DNA of 11,964 nucleotides from a virus: UHGV virus genome UHGV-1565976; one strand, 5' to 3'. Shown piece by piece: positions 1 to 6,717 of this stretch (position 1 is its first letter; each line of letters starts with the position of its first letter). The notes under the pieces were generated by a model. It saw only the letters and a program-made list of their open reading frames with translations, ran no database searches and was not told where the DNA came from. The position numbers and the translations under genes were made by a program.

Positions 1-336
1 CAGCTTCCCAACCGTAAGCGCAATATCCTCGTTCTCCTGGTCGCGGCGTTTGATGTATTGCTGGTTTCTTTCCCGTTCATCCAGTAGCGCCAGTACGGTA
101 GCTGGGTTAGCATCTGCTATAAATTCAGCGTTTGCATAAGCCTGAGCATCTGATTCAATCAGGCAGTTAACATGACATTCGGCAATCACGCCACCGGGTT
201 CTCCTTTCCATTTTTGACAAACAAAAACTCCTGTTAAATTGCCGTGCTGGTTAACAGATGTATGCCCTACGATGTAGCTTCCTTTAGTTGCTTTCTCTGC
301 CTTTTCACGCAGTACCTGATAGTTAATGTTGCTCAC
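1..336 (-). CDS. Ead/Ea22-like early-left protein, partial (C-terminus runs off the window edge)
   Basis: Minus-strand frame open from a GTG at 336 to position 1 (112 codons); AGGAGG 7 nt upstream; start overlaps the stop of the upstream gene (GTGA). Family assignment from remembered resemblance to Ead/Ea22 proteins, not verified. Confidence 0.5.
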   Translation of the reverse strand, partial: MSNINYQVLREKAEKATKGSYIVGHTSVNQHGNLTGVFVCQKWKGEPGGVIAECHVNCLIESDAQAYANAEFIADANPATVLALLDERERNQQYIKRRDQENEDIALTVGKL

Positions 337-572
337 TGGTTGCCTCCTTTACGGATCTGCGCTGCGATGCACGAAAAAAAAGACTTTCGCGTATGACTGT
401 TAAGAGCTGGCGCGAACGCCGCGTTAAGAACGGCGGCATCACAGCCGTCATCGATATAGAGCGCAATTTTTTTCTCCAGGCGTGCTTTGGCTTCCTGCAA
501 CTGCATATCCCGGCACGCACGCGGGATATACTCAGCAATTTGAGCGATAGATTTTTCGTTCTGTTTAAACAT
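333..572 (-). CDS. hypothetical small phage protein (79 aa)
   Basis: ATG start at 572 with GAGGTG about 6 nt upstream on the minus strand; stop overlaps the downstream gene start. No recognised domain. Confidence 0.45.
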   Translation of the reverse strand: MFKQNEKSIAQIAEYIPRACRDMQLQEAKARLEKKIALYIDDGCDAAVLNAAFAPALNSHTRKSFFSCIAAQIRKGGNQ

Positions 573-768
573 GCTTCACCTCGATAGGCTTGATGGTATA
601 GATCAGCAGTCGGCGGCGAGTATTTTCTGCAAAGTGGCGGCGTCCGGTTTCTTTGTGGTAAAACTCGTTTTTTCCGACGACCCACATCCGCTTTGTCTGG
701 TGCAGTTTTTTTACCTGCGGACCGTCTCGGGTGATAACAATTCCTGTATGAGTTTTTATCACGCTCAT
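565..768 (-). CDS. hypothetical small phage protein (67 aa)
   Basis: ATG at 768 overlaps the stop of the upstream gene in an ATGA arrangement (translational coupling); basic small protein, no recognised domain. Confidence 0.4.
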   Translation of the reverse strand: MSVIKTHTGIVITRDGPQVKKLHQTKRMWVVGKNEFYHKETGRRHFAENTRRRLLIYTIKPIEVKHV

Positions 769-1127
769 TTTTTATTCTTCGGTGCTTTCGGCATTACTGC
801 CCAGTGAGTGATATTGACGTTTTCAAGGTCCCCGACCTGAAATGTCCACAGCCATTCTCCGGTTTCTTTTTGTCCCCAGGTGTACCAGAGAGAACGCCAG
901 CCAATTAGCCAGCCTTCTCCGTTAGCATCAAATAACAGAACACTTTCATTTGCTGGCGGCAGTTCAGCTGACACTGGTATTATTTTGTTTTCCAGTGCCG
1001 CACATTTAGCTTCAAGCGCATCGAATTTACGTACCAGGTACTCAGCATTTGTTTCATTCACTTTCAGATCTCGTGGTACACATTTCCCGCGAAGAAACCC
1101 TTCCATTTCGAAAACATTCATGCGCAT
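765..1127 (-). CDS. yfdS: DUF551-like phage protein (YfdS-like, 120 aa)
   Basis: ATG at 1127 with GGAG 8 nt upstream; C-terminal ...NITHWAVMPKAP resembles the DUF551 THWMPLP signature; 120 aa and gene order match CPS-53 YfdS as remembered. Confidence 0.55.
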   Translation of the reverse strand: MRMNVFEMEGFLRGKCVPRDLKVNETNAEYLVRKFDALEAKCAALENKIIPVSAELPPANESVLLFDANGEGWLIGWRSLWYTWGQKETGEWLWTFQVGDLENVNITHWAVMPKAPKNKK

Positions 1128-1654
1128 TTGCGTAACTCCGATAACTCGTTAAAACGTTCCATAAACATCCCGTAGGCATGGCCTGGTGACAGTGGAATAA
1201 CTTTGAACATCTCTGTCGCCGGGATACCTTCCAGTACAGGCCAGAAAGAGCCATCATCAAGCCCGAGATCGCGACGTTCGGTTGCCAGCATAATGAGATC
1301 GGCATATTTCACTGGCGTGCTCATAACAGGAGGTAACCCGTATTTCTCACGGATTACGGCGTCTATTTTTTCTTCCATCCGTTTATAGTCAGGAAGAAGG
1401 CGTTTCAGTGGAGCTGGGATGTCCTGGCAATACGCTTCTGTTGCATCATGCATTAACGCTTCAAAAGCAAATTCCTGCGGCACCAGCTGGCTGCAAAGCA
1501 CCGCATGTTGGGCGACGCTGTAGAAGTGAGAAAGATGACCGGCAAAGCGACAGATATTTGAAAGGGAAACCGCGATATCGTTAATAACGATGTCATCTTT
1601 ATTTATCTTGTCATAATAAAAATGCTTCCCGGAAAAAGTTTTAATAAATGACAT
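1118..1654 (-). CDS. yfdR: HD-domain phosphohydrolase (YfdR-like 5'-deoxynucleotidase, 178 aa)
   Basis: H...HD metal-binding signature (VAQHAV..., ALMHDATEAY); preferred start is the ATG at 1654 (GGAG 7 nt upstream) rather than the ORF-track start at 1681, giving 178 aa. Confidence 0.7.
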   Translation of the reverse strand: MSFIKTFSGKHFYYDKINKDDIVINDIAVSLSNICRFAGHLSHFYSVAQHAVLCSQLVPQEFAFEALMHDATEAYCQDIPAPLKRLLPDYKRMEEKIDAVIREKYGLPPVMSTPVKYADLIMLATERRDLGLDDGSFWPVLEGIPATEMFKVIPLSPGHAYGMFMERFNELSELRKCA

Positions 1655-1747
1655 TTTGTTCTCCACGTATATGCGCTGCACCGCGCTGAATTTGGGTAAA
1701 AGGAAGCCCTCACCATCCGGTGATTATTGAGTTAATTACGTTTCCAT

Positions 1748-1769
1748 AAATGCCCCCGCAGGGGCATTT
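1748..1769. other. perfect 9-bp stem / 4-nt loop hairpin in the yfdQ-yfdR intergenic region
   Basis: AAATGCCCC-cgca-GGGGCATTT read directly; no clean U-tract on either strand, so not called a terminator. Confidence 0.35.
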
Positions 1770-1781
1770 GCAGTAATGAAA

Positions 1782-2606
1782 TCAGGCGGTGAAAGTACCA
1801 ATAAAGGTTTCTACTTTGCTGTCTTTGAATTTCTCAACAAGCAGATCACGAAATTCGTTAGCCATATCTTCCTGCACCGCTTCCAGCTGAATAATGCGCA
1901 GAACCAGTACAGGACGATCGCCAGTGATAATGCTGAGGCGTAATTTAAACGGACGTTCTTTCAGACCTTCAAACGGAACGCATTTAAATTCAAATGCCAC
2001 TGGCATAATGTCTTTGGTCTTCGCTTCGACAGATTCCATCAGGGAGCGTTTGCCGCTGAAGTCATTATCTTCAAAATCAGCGGTCTGGTTTGCTTCAATC
2101 GTGATTTTACGGATTGCCGCAGCCGCTTTTGTTGCCTGAATGGCGTCACCATTAGCATCAAAGCCCACAAGGTAGTCGGCCCAGTCTTCAATCCATTCTG
2201 CCAGTGATTTCTGGGAGTTACGCTCGCCGTTAACAGACAACAGGGCAGAGAACGGTGCTGTCTTTTTCAGTTTGAGAGTGGCGGTGTTATCTGCGTGACC
2301 TGGTTCATCAATAGTACCCAGGTTAAGCACACTGACGGCACGCATATTATCAGCATCGATAAAGCAGCGGGTGCCTTCATCTGCAAGATCTTTAGAATAA
2401 CGGGTAAAGTCATCGATGCTGGCAGTGGAAAGCGCACCACGGAAACGGAAGCGATTTAAATTAAATTTTTCCAGATCATGAATGCGGAAATTCTCAGGCA
2501 ATGCCACAGCATCGGCACCAATCTTACTGATAATTTCATTAACACCCTGAGCAGAAATAAGGGCATGGATTTGATTAATTGCGGTTGCGTCTAAGTTCTG
2601 AGACAT
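1782..2606 (-). CDS. yfdQ: YfdQ-like phage protein (DUF2303-type, 274 aa)
   Basis: ATG at 2606 with GTGAGGA about 7 nt upstream; 274 aa and position upstream of the HD-domain gene match CPS-53 YfdQ as remembered; similarity not verified. Confidence 0.6.
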
Positions 2607-2671
2607 AATAAGTCCTCACTATATTAAGATATTCAGTGATGAGATAAATAATCAGTTAATTAAGAACGATA

Positions 2672-3034
2672 TTAATGACCTGCTGCGCGGAGTTTTCCGT
2701 CAGGTTCACCGGCAAGAGTCAGTAATTGTCCCTGGTCTTCCTGTAGAATAGTCAGGCGACCACCGCGATTGACATACATCGGCGTTTCGGTGGTGTCTTC
2801 TTCAGAAATTTTCCCGCGGTTAGTCGGGCGAACATATGAGAGTTTGTGTTTTATTTTCACACGGTTCTCATCAAACGGTTCGATTTCCAGGTTGAGCGAG
2901 ACCTTACCTTTGGTTTTCGTGTTCATCACACCGGAAGCGACTTCACTGAGAACTGCGCCGATTTTGGTTTCAAATACGCCGCCGTCCAGCTCCCCGATAA
3001 ATGCCTGCACATCAGTACTGCGTTCGCTAGCCAT
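2672..3034 (-). CDS. yfdP: YfdP-like phage protein (120 aa), first gene of the leftward operon
   Basis: Preferred start is the ATG at 3034 with GAGGAG 9 nt upstream (ORF-track start at 3052 lacks an RBS); 120 aa. Confidence 0.5.
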   Translation of the reverse strand: MASERSTDVQAFIGELDGGVFETKIGAVLSEVASGVMNTKTKGKVSLNLEIEPFDENRVKIKHKLSYVRPTNRGKISEEDTTETPMYVNRGGRLTILQEDQGQLLTLAGEPDGKLRAAGH

Positions 3035-3082
3035 TTTGCTGCTCCTCATCATATCGACCCTGCAAGGTCGGTTGGTTTCTCC

Positions 3083-3171
3083 ACAAAACAGAGAAGAACA
3101 CCTGCGGTGGCAGCCGCCCGGGTGGATTGGGTTATGAGCCCGTCGTCCGGTGATGCTCTTCTCTGTTTTGT
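3083..3171. repeat. long inverted repeat: perfect 15-bp arms (ACAAAACAGAGAAGA / TCTTCTCTGTTTTGT) around a ~59-nt GC-rich spacer
   Basis: Arms at 3083..3097 and 3157..3171 are exact reverse complements; lies in the 5' leader of the leftward operon. Confidence 0.6.
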
Positions 3172-3218
3172 AAAAATAGCGGTACCAGCCGGAAGCAAGT
3201 GTACAAACTGGTACCGCT
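3172..3218 (-). terminator. candidate intrinsic terminator or attenuator in the leftward leader
   Basis: Perfect 11-bp stem (AGCGGTACCAG / CTGGTACCGCT, 19-nt loop) followed on the minus strand by AUUUUUA. Confidence 0.4.
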
Positions 3219-3648
3219 AAAGCAGTGGCTGCTGTGGTGACCGATGCTGATCTCCGGCTTGCGGTTATTTCAGACTCTCACGGGCGTTTAATTGCCCCGC
3301 CGAACAGCTCTTTTCCGCAATAGCTGCAATGTCTTTCGCGCATCAGCCTGCGCATTCACCACAACGCTGAGAGCACTTAGCCAGTTACGGCACCACACTT
3401 TGTCGCGGTTCCATAAATGCCCTCATCGTTGCACCCTGGTCTCTTCCCAGGCGTCAAACCGAATCGCCACGCTGGTTAGGCGTCTTATCAGCATCATCAT
3501 TGACTTGCACATTCCGGCTACCTGGTTTGTTTGCCCGAGCAAGGAGTGGATTGTCCCCTTTAACGTCACCAGACCGCTAACGACGCATGTGCCATACGCC
3601 GTGTTACAACCAAATTTTGTTAGTACCTTGTTTGTATGTCTGGAAAGA

Positions 3649-3677
3649 AAGATAAAATGAAGTTGCGCATTATGCAA
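3649..3677 (-). promoter_or_regulatory. candidate pL-like promoter
   Basis: On the minus strand: -35 TTGCAT (3677..3672), 17-nt spacer, -10 TATCTT (3654..3649); overlaps an operator-like site. Confidence 0.35.
3663..3677. promoter_or_regulatory. operator-like site, TTGC-N7-GCAA (oL candidate 1)
   Basis: TTGCgcattatGCAA; same half-site pattern recurs on both sides of the repressor gene. Confidence 0.4.
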
Positions 3678-3686
3678 GTGTTTTTA

Positions 3687-3701
3687 TTGCGAGATATGCA
3701 A
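3687..3701. promoter_or_regulatory. operator-like site, TTGC-N7-GCAA (oL candidate 2)
   Basis: TTGCgagatatGCAA, 24 bp centre-to-centre from the first oL candidate. Confidence 0.4.
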
Positions 3702-3710
3702 TTTGGTGGG

Positions 3711-3735
3711 TAATGAAAAGCCACCTTCTGGTGGC
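3711..3735 (-). terminator. candidate intrinsic terminator for the repressor gene
   Basis: Perfect 6-bp GC-rich stem GCCACC-ttct-GGTGGC (3720..3735), followed on the minus strand by UUUUCAUUA; begins 22 bp after the repressor stop. Confidence 0.5.
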
Positions 3736-3756
3736 TAATTGATGTTGAGGTAGGGG

Positions 3757-4449
3757 TTAATTGTGTCGCTTAAGGGTTTGTGACTGACTGATTAAGACCT
3801 TTCCAAAGACCATAAACCGATGTTCGTTTTCGCTGGTAATTCCCCATTCGCGGTAAATCTGATTATCAGAAATTACCAGCAGTTTATCAGGTATCATTTG
3901 CAGTCGTTTGACGTAAATTTTATCATCAAAACCAAATACATATATACCATCCCCATCAAACTGATTGATACTGATATCAACGAAGATGAGATCTCCTGGC
4001 TCAATGGTTGGACACATACTGTCCCCACGAACGTTGATAACTTTAATGTGATTGGCTGGCCGTCCGCCAAACATCGATACAGCATTATCAGTTCTGTATT
4101 CAATGGCATGAATCACATCAATGACATCACCGCCCTGGATAAGGCCATTTCCCGCACTGGCACTGACATCCAGCATTTCAATACGGAATACATCCTTCAC
4201 CTGCGCAACATCCTCACTAATACTGTTTTTACATACAGTATTACTTTTGACGTCTGAGGTAAAGAGATCAGCAATATCAACACCTAAGCTCCTGGCAATA
4301 TTACTCAGGGCTTGTTCAGTGAATTGTTTCTGCTTACCTGTTTCCAGGCGTGAGATATTCGCCGCATCCACTCCTATTGCTTCAGCGAGATCGGCGATTT
4401 TCATGTTCTTCGCCTGGCGAAGTTGTCTGACTCGGTTTCCTATGTTCAT
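3757..4449 (-). CDS. cI-like repressor: N-terminal XRE helix-turn-helix plus C-terminal S24 (LexA-like) self-cleaving peptidase domain
   Basis: 230 aa; N-terminal ...MKIADLAEAIGVDAANISRLETGKQ HTH; C-terminal ...VRGDSMCPTIEPGDLIFVD...KIYVKRL with the Ser/Lys dyad context; Ala-Gly in SASAGNG as candidate cleavage site; no SD upstream of the ATG. Confidence 0.85.
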   Translation of the reverse strand: MNIGNRVRQLRQAKNMKIADLAEAIGVDAANISRLETGKQKQFTEQALSNIARSLGVDIADLFTSDVKSNTVCKNSISEDVAQVKDVFRIEMLDVSASAGNGLIQGGDVIDVIHAIEYRTDNAVSMFGGRPANHIKVINVRGDSMCPTIEPGDLIFVDISINQFDGDGIYVFGFDDKIYVKRLQMIPDKLLVISDNQIYREWGITSENEHRFMVFGKVLISQSQTLKRHN

Positions 4450-4455
4450 GCGTTT

Positions 4456-4484
4456 ATTACATTTCTTTATTGCGCGTTAAGCAA
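4456..4484 (-). promoter_or_regulatory. candidate pRM-like promoter giving a leaderless repressor mRNA
   Basis: On the minus strand: -35 TTGCTT (4484..4479), 17-nt spacer, -10 TGTAAT (4461..4456); predicted start lies at or next to the ATG at 4449. Confidence 0.4.
4470..4484. promoter_or_regulatory. operator-like site, TTGC-N7-GCAA (oR candidate overlapping the pRM -35)
   Basis: TTGCgcgttaaGCAA. Confidence 0.4.
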
Positions 4485-4490
4485 ATCAAC

Positions 4491-4519
4491 TTGCGCAAAA
4501 TATTTGCGTGAAATAATAT
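4491..4519 (+). promoter_or_regulatory. candidate pR-like promoter for the cro-like operon
   Basis: -35 TTGCGC (4491..4496), 17-nt spacer, -10 TAATAT (4514..4519); GGAGG at 4538..4542 ahead of the ATG at 4547. Confidence 0.5.
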
Positions 4520-4532
4520 GCTCATCACGCAA
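4518..4532. promoter_or_regulatory. operator-like site, aTGC-N7-GCAA (oR candidate overlapping the pR -10/start)
   Basis: ATGCtcatcacGCAA, one mismatch from the TTGC-N7-GCAA pattern; a palindromic TTGCGCAA at 4491..4498 may be a further site. Confidence 0.35.
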
Positions 4533-4546
4533 TATGTGGAGGTTAT

Positions 4547-4807
4547 ATGCAATCACCATTACGGAATGTGCGTAAGGCGCACGGATTTACTTTGCAGCAT
4601 GTTGCTGCGGGCGTTCAGGTCAATCCAGCGACGCTGAGTCGTATTGAAAGACTGGAACAAATTCCATCTATCGATCTTGCAGAACGTCTGGCCAATTTTT
4701 TTAAGGGTGAAATCAGCGAAATGCAGATTCTTTATCCGGCACGTTTTCAATCTAGCCAAAACCAGAATGGGTTTAAACCACAGGAACAGGAGGTAAGCCG
4801 TGGGTAA
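4547..4807 (+). CDS. Cro-like XRE-family helix-turn-helix regulator (86 aa)
   Basis: Divergent from the repressor; HTH ...FTLQHVAAGVQVNPATLSRIERLEQ; GGAGG 4 nt upstream. Confidence 0.7.
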   Translation: MQSPLRNVRKAHGFTLQHVAAGVQVNPATLSRIERLEQIPSIDLAERLANFFKGEISEMQILYPARFQSSQNQNGFKPQEQEVSRG

Positions 4808-5351
4808 TCATCACTGGAAAGTGGAAAAACAGCCTGAGTGGTACGTGAAAGCTGTCAGAAAAACTATCGCGGCGTTGCCGGGGGGTTACGCTGAAGCTGC
4901 TGAGTGGCTGGATGTAACAGAGAACGCATTATTCAACCGCCTTCGTGCAGATGGCGATCAGATTTTCCCGCTGGGATGGGCAATGATTTTACAACGTGCT
5001 GGTGGAACTCACTTCATTGCTGACGCTGTGGCGCAGTCTGCAAATGGCGTCTTTGTGTCTCTTCCTGACGTCGAGGATGTGGACAACGCCGATATTAACC
5101 AGCGTCTGCTGGAAGTCATCGAACAGATCGGGAGTTACTCAAAGCAGATTCGTTCGGCAATCGAAGATGGGGTAGTGGAGCCACACGAGCAGACAGCAAT
5201 TAATGATGAGTTGTATCTGTCAATTTCGAAGCTCCAGGAGCATGCAGCACTGGTCTACAAAATCTTTTGCGCTCCAGAAAAGAGTGACGCCCGCGAGTGT
5301 GCAGCTCCGGGCGTCGTGGCGTTTTGTGTCTGTGGAGAAACTAACGCATGA
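4800..5351 (+). CDS. CII-like regulator candidate (183 aa)
   Basis: GTG start with GGAGG 6 nt upstream, overlapping the cro-like stop; sits at the cII position; segment AEAAEWLDVTENALFNRLR looks HTH-like. Function is inference. Confidence 0.45.
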   Translation: MGNHHWKVEKQPEWYVKAVRKTIAALPGGYAEAAEWLDVTENALFNRLRADGDQIFPLGWAMILQRAGGTHFIADAVAQSANGVFVSLPDVEDVDNADINQRLLEVIEQIGSYSKQIRSAIEDGVVEPHEQTAINDELYLSISKLQEHAALVYKIFCAPEKSDARECAAPGVVAFCVCGETNA

Positions 5352-5496
5352 ATAGTTTAACGGCAAATAACCGTTTGTCGCAACAGCTGGTGGTCAGCGT
5401 CGCTGAACACCTGTTGTTACGGCATGAATGCAGATTACCAAATCACCTGGCTGTAAGTAACCACAGAGAACTTTACCTGACTGTGGGGGGCGAGTT

Positions 5497-5676
5497 GTGC
5501 AGGAACTTAACCGCTGGTTTCGTGACGGAAGAGGACTTTATGTTCATGTTATTCGTTGGGAGCCAGAAACACAGCGCGTTATCTATCTTCGCAAAGACTA
5601 CCCGCATGAGTGCTTTAGTCCTTTGTGGAAATTCAGGCGTGATTTTGTTGAGTGTGAAGGACCACCAGCATATTGA
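5497..5676 (+). CDS. small DUF4222-like protein (59 aa, GTG start), absent from the ORF track
   Basis: Frame open 5461..5676 after a TAA at 5458..5460; GTG at 5497 preceded by a GGGGGG run 6 nt upstream; translation VQELNRWFRDGRGLYVHVIRWEPETQRVIYLRKDYPHECFSPLWKFRRDFVECEGPPAY is protein-like and matches the remembered DUF4222 pattern. Confidence 0.45.
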   Translation: MQELNRWFRDGRGLYVHVIRWEPETQRVIYLRKDYPHECFSPLWKFRRDFVECEGPPAY

Positions 5677-5764
5677 TTCTGCAATTCCGGGACGTTACAC
5701 TGCTCAGGCACCTTATAAAGCGGGTGCCGGGGGTCGCAGCCCGGAATTGTCAACGGCGATATAT

Positions 5765-5784
5765 GACGCGCCAGCGTCTTTTTT
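5765..5784 (+). terminator. candidate intrinsic terminator (tR1-like position)
   Basis: GACGC-gcca-GCGTC hairpin followed by TTTTTT; about 90 nt after the DUF4222-like stop and before the Rha gene. Confidence 0.4.
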
Positions 5785-5950
5785 ATCGTCCGCGCTCACG
5801 CACGCCAGAATTATGGTGGGCTGGGCAGGGGAGCCGAAAGGCTCGCCGGTCTCCGTTGACGCCGGTACTGCGAACCCTGTTCAGTCTGCCACCAGTGAGT
5901 TTCGCAGCTCCGGTGGTGGAAGTTTTCCACAGTCAACGGAGGCTGCCATC

Positions 5951-6496
5951 ATGGCTACGATCCCAACCCTCACTCAACCTGAAATTGCCATCGTTGATGG
6001 TCAGGCTGTTACTTCATCCCTGGCTGTTGCCAACTTCTTCTCCAAACGTCATGACGATGTACTGAAAAAGATCCGCACGCTTGAATGCTCTGCATCATTC
6101 ACTTCCCGCAATTTTTCGGTGAGTGATTACACCGATTGCACAGGCCGCAAACTACCTTGCTATCAAATAACCCGCGACGGCTTTGCGTTTCTTGCCATGG
6201 GCTTCACGGGTAAACGTGCTGCCCAGTTCAAAGAGGCATACATCAATGCCTTTAACCAGATGGAGAAACAGCTTTCAAATCCCTCTGTACTGAGCGACGT
6301 TGCACATAACGCCAGCGTTCTCTATTCCTACATTTCATCAATTCATCAGGTCTGGCTGCAGCAGCTTTATCCCATGTTGGCAAAAGCCGAATCCCCGCTG
6401 GCTGTAAGTCTGTATGACCGCATCAACGACGCGGCGCTACTGGCCAGTCTCATAAATTTGTCGCTGAACCCTTCAGAGGTAAGGGGGCGTAAATGA
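5951..6496 (+). CDS. rha: phage regulatory protein Rha (181 aa)
   Basis: Rha-type N-terminus ...VDGQAVTSSLAVANFFSKRHDDVLKKIRTL; start taken at the internal ATG 5951 (GGAGG 8 nt upstream) rather than the ORF-track start at 5348. Confidence 0.7.
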   Translation: MATIPTLTQPEIAIVDGQAVTSSLAVANFFSKRHDDVLKKIRTLECSASFTSRNFSVSDYTDCTGRKLPCYQITRDGFAFLAMGFTGKRAAQFKEAYINAFNQMEKQLSNPSVLSDVAHNASVLYSYISSIHQVWLQQLYPMLAKAESPLAVSLYDRINDAALLASLINLSLNPSEVRGRK

Positions 6497-6717
6497 TCCG
6501 GAATATTTTCAAACGGTTTACCAATCATACTTTCCGTTGTCCTCGTCCGGGTCAGTGGTACACCACGCCTGCAGGGCATGTTCTACGTGTTAGCCTGGTT
6601 GACCGTGAATGTCAGAAGGTGATTTGTGAACCGCTGGGCCGTAATTACCGCGTCAGTATGCCGCTTATAGCCTTTTGCTCCGGAAAAAACATGAAGCATC
6701 TCGGAGGTGCTGCATGA
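6493..6717 (+). CDS. hypothetical small protein (74 aa), translationally coupled on both sides
   Basis: ATGA overlap with the Rha stop and again with the replication-gene start; G-rich RBS upstream; four Cys residues; no recognised domain. Confidence 0.5.
   Translation: MIRNIFKRFTNHTFRCPRPGQWYTTPAGHVLRVSLVDRECQKVICEPLGRNYRVSMPLIAFCSGKNMKHLGGAA

Noticed and set aside
323-685. 120-aa minus-strand ORF overlapping the two small minus-strand genes in another frame
   Set aside because: Arg/Lys-rich low-complexity translation with no RBS; overlaps better-supported coupled genes.
2769-3220. Plus-strand ORFs of 122 and 124 aa antisense to the yfdP-like gene and the leader hairpins
   Set aside because: Antisense to a well-supported gene, no RBS, Ser/Arg-rich composition, and they run through the inverted repeat.
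3292-3677. Plus-strand 122-aa and minus-strand 84-aa ORFs inside the non-coding leader
   Set aside because: TTG starts without SD, low-complexity translations, and they span predicted operators, promoter and hairpins; treated as non-coding.
3820-4480. Plus-strand ORFs (145 aa, 119 aa) and a minus-strand 71-aa ORF overlapping the repressor gene
   Set aside because: Shadow ORFs within a gene carrying clear HTH and S24 domain signatures.
4800-5351. Assigning the post-cro gene to the YdaT toxin family
   Set aside because: Only positional analogy and a weak HTH-like segment; my recollection of YdaT does not match well enough, so it stays a CII-like candidate.
5673-6065. 130-aa Arg-rich plus-strand ORF
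   Set aside because: Composition typical of an out-of-frame read of GC-rich sequence; overlaps the rha start.
5348-6496. The full 382-aa ORF as a single gene
   Set aside because: Only the C-terminal 181 aa look like Rha; upstream is low-complexity, contains a terminator-like hairpin and overlaps a better small ORF in another frame; the internal ATG 5951 has a strong GGAGG. Kept as an alternative in the findings.
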